In this document: positions 60,612 to 64,000 of the stretch, piece after piece
Layout: each line of letters starts with the position of its first letter
Numbering within the stretch: position 1 is the stretch's first letter
From: an uncultured virus (IMG/VR IMGVR_UViG_3300028559_000007)
Taxonomy: Duplodnaviria; Heunggongvirae; Uroviricota; Caudoviricetes
Virus record (IMG/VR): IMGVR_UViG_3300028559_000007
Length of the DNA: 64,000 nucleotides
Reading direction: 5' to 3' (one strand)
Translations under genes and position numbers: made by a program
The notes under the pieces: model-generated
The model's database searches: none
The model's input: only the letters and a program-made list of their open reading frames with translations
What the model was told of the DNA's origin: nothing

Positions 60612-60653
60612 CTATCGTTTATATTTTCGTTTTATTATTGTAATAGTTCTCAT
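60612..60653 (-). CDS. Lys/Arg-rich mini-ORF MRTITIIKRKYKR ahead of the Lys tRNAs
   Basis: 13 codons; stop overlaps hairpin 60580-60612. Confidence 0.45.
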   Translation of the reverse strand: MRTITIIKRKYKR

Positions 60654-60746
60654 TTTATTATAATTTTTTAGGTCAATTCGATGTAGCTTATAACACCTCG
60701 ATTTAATCTTCTGTTCGTATGAAGAACTTCTCGAATTAACATTTAG

Positions 60747-60817
60747 CACGAGTGGCTACAATCGAAGTAGCTCGTGAAGATTTTGGAGATCCCACCGACA
60801 CCAAGCCTGTCACCCGT
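60747..60817 (-). tRNA. tRNA-Trp(CCA), atypical D arm
   Basis: ACGGGTG/CACTCGT, GGGAT-CTCCAAA-ATCTT, CTAC-TTCGATT-GTAG. Confidence 0.7.
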
Positions 60818-60822
60818 ATTTG

Positions 60823-60895
60823 TGGTTTCAGACGGACTTGAACCGCCGACGCTCGCCTCTTCAGGGCGACGCTCTACCAACTGAGCTATGAAACC
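60823..60895 (-). tRNA. tRNA-Phe(GAA)
   Basis: Canonical; TCGCC-CTGAAGA-GGCGA. Confidence 0.93.
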
Positions 60896-60900
60896 TTTTG

Positions 60901-60990
60901 CATACTCGTAGGGATTCGAACCCTCACCAATCGTTAGACCCCTTTCGGAGAGCGGGTTGGAGCCGCCTGGTCACGCCTATGAGCGAGTAC
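60901..60990 (-). tRNA. tRNA-Trp(CCA)-like RNA with extra arm
   Basis: GTACTCG/CGAGTAT, GCGG-CTCCAAC-CCGC, extra GAAA-tetraloop hairpin, T loop TTCGAAT. Confidence 0.65.
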
Positions 60991-60998
60991 ATTTTTTG

Positions 60999-61072
60999 GG
61001 TGAATGACGGGTTTCGATCCCGCTGCCTTAGGTGCCACAAACCTACGCTCTACCAATTGAGCTACAATCACC
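60999..61072 (-). tRNA. tRNA-His(GTG)
   Basis: G-1/C73; TAGGT-TTGTGGC-ACCTA. Confidence 0.9.
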
Positions 61073-61102
61073 ATTTTGTCATCCTGTTAAATCAGGACTT
61101 CG

Positions 61103-61175
61103 TGGAGTCTCCCGGTTACGATCCGGGTCCTCTGGTTTTTCAGACCAGTGCTTCTACCAAGTTAGCTTAGACTCC
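61103..61175 (-). tRNA. tRNA-Phe(GAA)
   Basis: GGAGTCT/AGACTCC; CTGGT-CTGAAAA-ACCAG. Confidence 0.85.
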
Positions 61176-61180
61176 ATTTG

Positions 61181-61253
61181 GGTGTTATATGGGATTTGAA
61201 CCCATCCCCTGGTTTTCACAGAACCAGATGCTTACCACTACAACAACAACACC
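61181..61253 (-). tRNA. tRNA-His(GTG)
   Basis: G-1/C73; TGGTT-CTGTGAA-AACCA. Confidence 0.82.
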
Positions 61254-61255
61254 AT

Positions 61256-61292
61256 AAAAACAAAAAACCCGAATCTTTTGGATTCGGGTTTT
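61256..61292 (-). terminator. Attenuator terminator upstream of the His/Phe/Trp/Lys tRNA block
   Basis: AAAACCCGAATC/GATTCGGGTTTT stem plus U-tract. Confidence 0.85.
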
Positions 61293-61320
61293 GGAATTTC
61301 TCTATCAAAAACTACGATAA

Positions 61321-61425
61321 TTATACTATCTCATTTTTTGGCAGTTCGTTCTTAGTACCGAATCGATGGCTAAAATGCCATTTAAACGATTTACTAAAAG
61401 ATTTATGTGTACGAACTGTTGTCAT
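61321..61425 (-). CDS. Leader peptide MTTVRTHKSFSKSFKWHFSHRFGTKNELPKNEIV
   Basis: 3 His, 4 Phe, 5 Lys, 1 Trp; contains GATTCGG complementary to the terminator 5' arm. Confidence 0.75.
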   Translation of the reverse strand: MTTVRTHKSFSKSFKWHFSHRFGTKNELPKNEIV

Positions 61426-61473
61426 TATTTCTATATATTAAATTTTATTTCTCTCTTTGTTTCTTTTACATTA

Positions 61474-61504
61474 CAAATATACAAAAGTTTTCTGTAATAC
61501 CAAA
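61474..61504 (-). promoter_or_regulatory. Bacteroidota-type promoter (TTTG-19-TATATTTG)
   Basis: Exact consensus match. Confidence 0.75.
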
Positions 61505-61657
61505 TTATTTATTATTTATTTTTATCTTCTATTGTTTACTTGGTAAAATCAGTATTTTTTATTATTTTTAACATTACAAATGTATATAAACTTTTTTAAA
61601 CCACCAAATTAATTTTATTAACAAAATTTTCATATATTTGTGTTATATATAATTATA

Positions 61658-61813
61658 ATGGAAGAAAGACCAAGTAAACCTATAAAAGAATATGCTCCAC
61701 AAGGAACAAAAGATTGTGAATCTAATTGTGAGAGAGAAGTAATAATGACTCCAAGGGGGCCTGTTATTGTTTGCCATTTTTGTGAACGAATAGTTCTTGA
61801 GATTCGCAAATGA
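61658..61813 (+). CDS. Small 51-aa Cys-containing (Zn-ribbon-like) protein absent from the ORF track
   Basis: MEERPSKP..CESNC..CHFC..; TATATTTG upstream at 61633-61640. Confidence 0.55.
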   Translation: MEERPSKPIKEYAPQGTKDCESNCEREVIMTPRGPVIVCHFCERIVLEIRK

Positions 61814-61823
61814 TATATAAGAT

Positions 61824-62327
61824 ATGAAACATCTTAAGAAATTTAATGAATCAATAAATATATATGATATAGATTGGCATAATATAGTTCCAAAGTATCT
61901 TACCATAATTAAAGATGATAGAACTACAAAATTTAAATGTGGTAATATAATGAAACATTTTGATATGGTTCAAGTTACCTATGATACTGATCAAGGAGAA
62001 ATATGGGGAGTTCCGGATACACTAGAGTTTGATGTATATTTTGTAAAACCAGGCGGTAAAATTGATAAATCACTAAGATTAGATATAGATATAACATATG
62101 GTAATTTAGTTACTTCAGAATTTAGTATTACAACACCTAGTAAAGTTAATGTAATACAATATACATCATATCATTCTAAATTTGATCCATCAAATACAGT
62201 ATTTGCTTTTGATGAAGATAGCCTTGAAAAATTAATTAAATTTTTTAATGTTTTTAATGGAATTAAAGTATCAAGAGAACAATTTAATTTTCTTGATGCA
62301 GATCCTAACAATTACTATCCTAATTAA
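61824..62327 (+). CDS. Hypothetical protein, capsid-targeting-like N-terminus
   Basis: MKHLKKFNES. Confidence 0.7.
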   Translation: MKHLKKFNESINIYDIDWHNIVPKYLTIIKDDRTTKFKCGNIMKHFDMVQVTYDTDQGEIWGVPDTLEFDVYFVKPGGKIDKSLRLDIDITYGNLVTSEFSITTPSKVNVIQYTSYHSKFDPSNTVFAFDEDSLEKLIKFFNVFNGIKVSREQFNFLDADPNNYYPN

Positions 62328-62328
62328 A

Positions 62329-62365
62329 AATTAAAACCCCTTCAATATTTGAAGGGGTTTTAATT
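62329..62365. terminator. Bidirectional terminator
   Basis: 17-bp stem AATTAAAACCCCTTCAA/TTGAAGGGGTTTTAATT between convergent genes. Confidence 0.8.
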
Positions 62366-62384
62366 ATAAGATATCAAATTATTA

Positions 62385-62660
62385 TTAAGAGTTAACAACA
62401 TTTGAAAGACCTGATCCTGCCTTAAAACGAGCAGCTCTTTTAGATGGAATATTAAGTTCTACACCAGTTTTTGGATTACGACCTTTACGAGCTTTACGTG
62501 TGATTGTATCAAAAGTTCCAAAACCAACTAATGTTACTTTTTCACCATTTACAAGAGCTCCTTGGATAGATTCTACAATACTATCAACAACCTCCCCAGT
62601 TTTTGTTTTTGTTAAACCAGTTTTCCCGGAAATTTCGTTAACTAAATCTGCTTTATTCAT
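62385..62660 (-). CDS. hup: HU family DNA-binding protein
   Basis: MNKADLV..GEKVTLVGFGTF..RKGRNPKTG. Confidence 0.96.
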   Translation of the reverse strand: MNKADLVNEISGKTGLTKTKTGEVVDSIVESIQGALVNGEKVTLVGFGTFDTITRKARKGRNPKTGVELNIPSKRAARFKAGSGLSNVVNS

Positions 62661-62737
62661 TTATTTAATTTGTTTTTTCTATGAATTTCTTCATTAATAA
62701 TTATATACATAGAATCAATCAAGGTTTTAAAAGTTTA

Positions 62738-62977
62738 CTAGTTTTTTGTATATTTTTCAATAAATTCATTTAGACTTTTCCCAGTATTTGCCAGATAAAT
62801 AACTGCAATAAATCCAATAATGAATAATATTGAAAATATAATTAAACATGGAATCCAATATGGCGAAAATACCCACCACCAAGACCAATTTATATTATTA
62901 GTTAATTTTAATATTGAAAAAATAATAACAAGTAAAGTTAAAAAATTGATACCGGATTTTTCATTTTACTGATCCAT
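62738..62977 (-). pseudogene. Small membrane protein (WSWWWV.SP.W type) with a stop at codon 4
   Basis: ATG GAT CAG TAA AAT GAA AAA TCC GGT..LKLTNNINWSWWWVFSPYWIP..TAG in one frame. Confidence 0.65.
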
Positions 62978-62978
62978 A

Positions 62979-63338
62979 TTAAAAAGATGTAGTCCTCATA
63001 TAATTTGTAAATATTTCTTCACCCGGATATATATCTTTAACAGCTGTGAATATATAACAGTTATTTTCTATATCAGTTGTCCAGGTTGCATTATTATCTT
63101 CTCTATGATTATAAATACTTCCGAACCCTAAAACAACTGCATGAGAATCCTTAGTAAATAAAGGCCATGAAAAAGTATATTCTTTCAATGAGTTATCTAA
63201 TTTTTCAAAATTAGATTCATTTAAGTGTATGAAATGACATTCTTCTATTACTTCACCAGATAATATCATGTCATTTGTAAAAACTCCTTTTCCGTGAATA
63301 GGAGAATCTTTAACTATAATTTTACTAGAAACAAACAT
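62979..63338 (-). CDS. SET-domain protein methyltransferase
   Basis: SPIHGKGVF, GSIYNH..N, DIYPGEEIFTNY. Confidence 0.92.
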   Translation of the reverse strand: MFVSSKIIVKDSPIHGKGVFTNDMILSGEVIEECHFIHLNESNFEKLDNSLKEYTFSWPLFTKDSHAVVLGFGSIYNHREDNNATWTTDIENNCYIFTAVKDIYPGEEIFTNYMRTTSF

Positions 63339-63410
63339 ATAATTTATATTTAGAATATTTTTTTTGTTTAGAATTATTCCTTATATTTATAAAACAAACA
63401 ACTATAAATA

Positions 63411-63842
63411 ATGGCTAATATTAATATATTTAAAGGTCAGTATAGAAATCAAAATGATCAAGTTTTCACTTTTGATGGTAAATATATCTACATAGGTAGA
63501 TATGCTCAAAGAAGTGCTATTAAATATACTTGGGATGGTAAACGCCTTTATAAAGGAGAATATCCTAATATTGGTAGTGTTATATTAACATTTGATGGAA
63601 AGTATATTTATGATGGTCAATATGAAATGTGGGGTAAAGTATCATATACTATTAAAGATAATATGGTTTACAGAAACTATGGTAATTCCGATAATGATAT
63701 TATCATGAAATTTGATGGTAAAAAACTTTACTCTGGTAGATATGAATATCAAAATAATATCATTTTGAATTGTGATGGACCACTTCCTTTATTTTTAATG
63801 TTTGTTATGTATTCTAATCCAGTTAAAGGACTTCCATTATAA
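63411..63842 (+). CDS. Beta-strand repeat protein
   Basis: About five 20-aa repeats T(F/W)DGKxxYxGxY. Confidence 0.7.
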   Translation: MANINIFKGQYRNQNDQVFTFDGKYIYIGRYAQRSAIKYTWDGKRLYKGEYPNIGSVILTFDGKYIYDGQYEMWGKVSYTIKDNMVYRNYGNSDNDIIMKFDGKKLYSGRYEYQNNIILNCDGPLPLFLMFVMYSNPVKGLPL

Positions 63843-63852
63843 TATATAATGT

Positions 63853-64000
63853 GTGAAAAATACAGATATACTTATTAAATTAAAGCCTATATTGAATGGA
63901 TTCAATTCTAAACAAAAAATAATCCTTAGTCAGATTATGTCAAATAATGATTACTCCTTTATAGATTATAAAGGAGATATTTGTATAAAAACAAAAGAAG
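63853..64000 (+). CDS. Partial hypothetical ORF running off the window
   Basis: GTG start after TAATATATA; open to the end. Confidence 0.45.
   Translation, partial: MKNTDILIKLKPILNGFNSKQKIILSQIMSNNDYSFIDYKGDICIKTKE

Noticed and set aside
57598..61441. ORF-track entries 57598, 57731, 58833, 60119, 60898 and 61178
   Set aside because: They overlap tRNA genes or regulatory RNA and are shadow translations
617..62697. Short antisense or nested ORFs (e.g. 617, 2599, 6500, 9370, 9714, 9778, 12647, 16805, 22497, 33340, 50002, 55370, 62500)
   Set aside because: They lie within well-supported genes and show no motifs
1..64000. Stop-codon reassignment
   Set aside because: Long genes are open in code 11, TAA, TAG and TGA all end genes, and no suppressor anticodon was found

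Overview
AT-rich segment of a jumbo T4-like (myovirus-type) phage genome, very probably infecting Bacteroidota (TTTG-N19-20-TAnnTTTG promoters, Hc1-like and beta-barrel genes). It carries replication genes (family B DNA polymerase C-terminal part, primase, UvsW), baseplate genes (gp5/gp6/gp53-like, GH19 fusion), host-like genes (ClpP, HU, IscA, guanylate kinase, SET, J-domain), homing endonucleases, a 6.15-kb IS1595-family cargo transposon with an RM-like module that interrupts a gene, two RNA ligases and a minus-strand tRNA region. Main discovery candidate: leader-peptide attenuators (promoter, short ORF, antiterminator, terminator). A Ser/Arg-rich leader precedes a Ser/Arg-only tRNA block, a His/Phe/Trp/Lys-rich leader precedes a His/Phe/Trp/Lys block, and a third precedes the RNA ligase operon. 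Together they suggest a translation-stress-inducible tRNA replacement and repair system. Also notable: a 39-nt stop-containing hairpin inside polymerase motif B (possible bypass or splicing), structurally aberrant tRNAs, and a recurring capsid-targeting-like N-terminal motif. All calls are by eye from motifs; no database searches were run.
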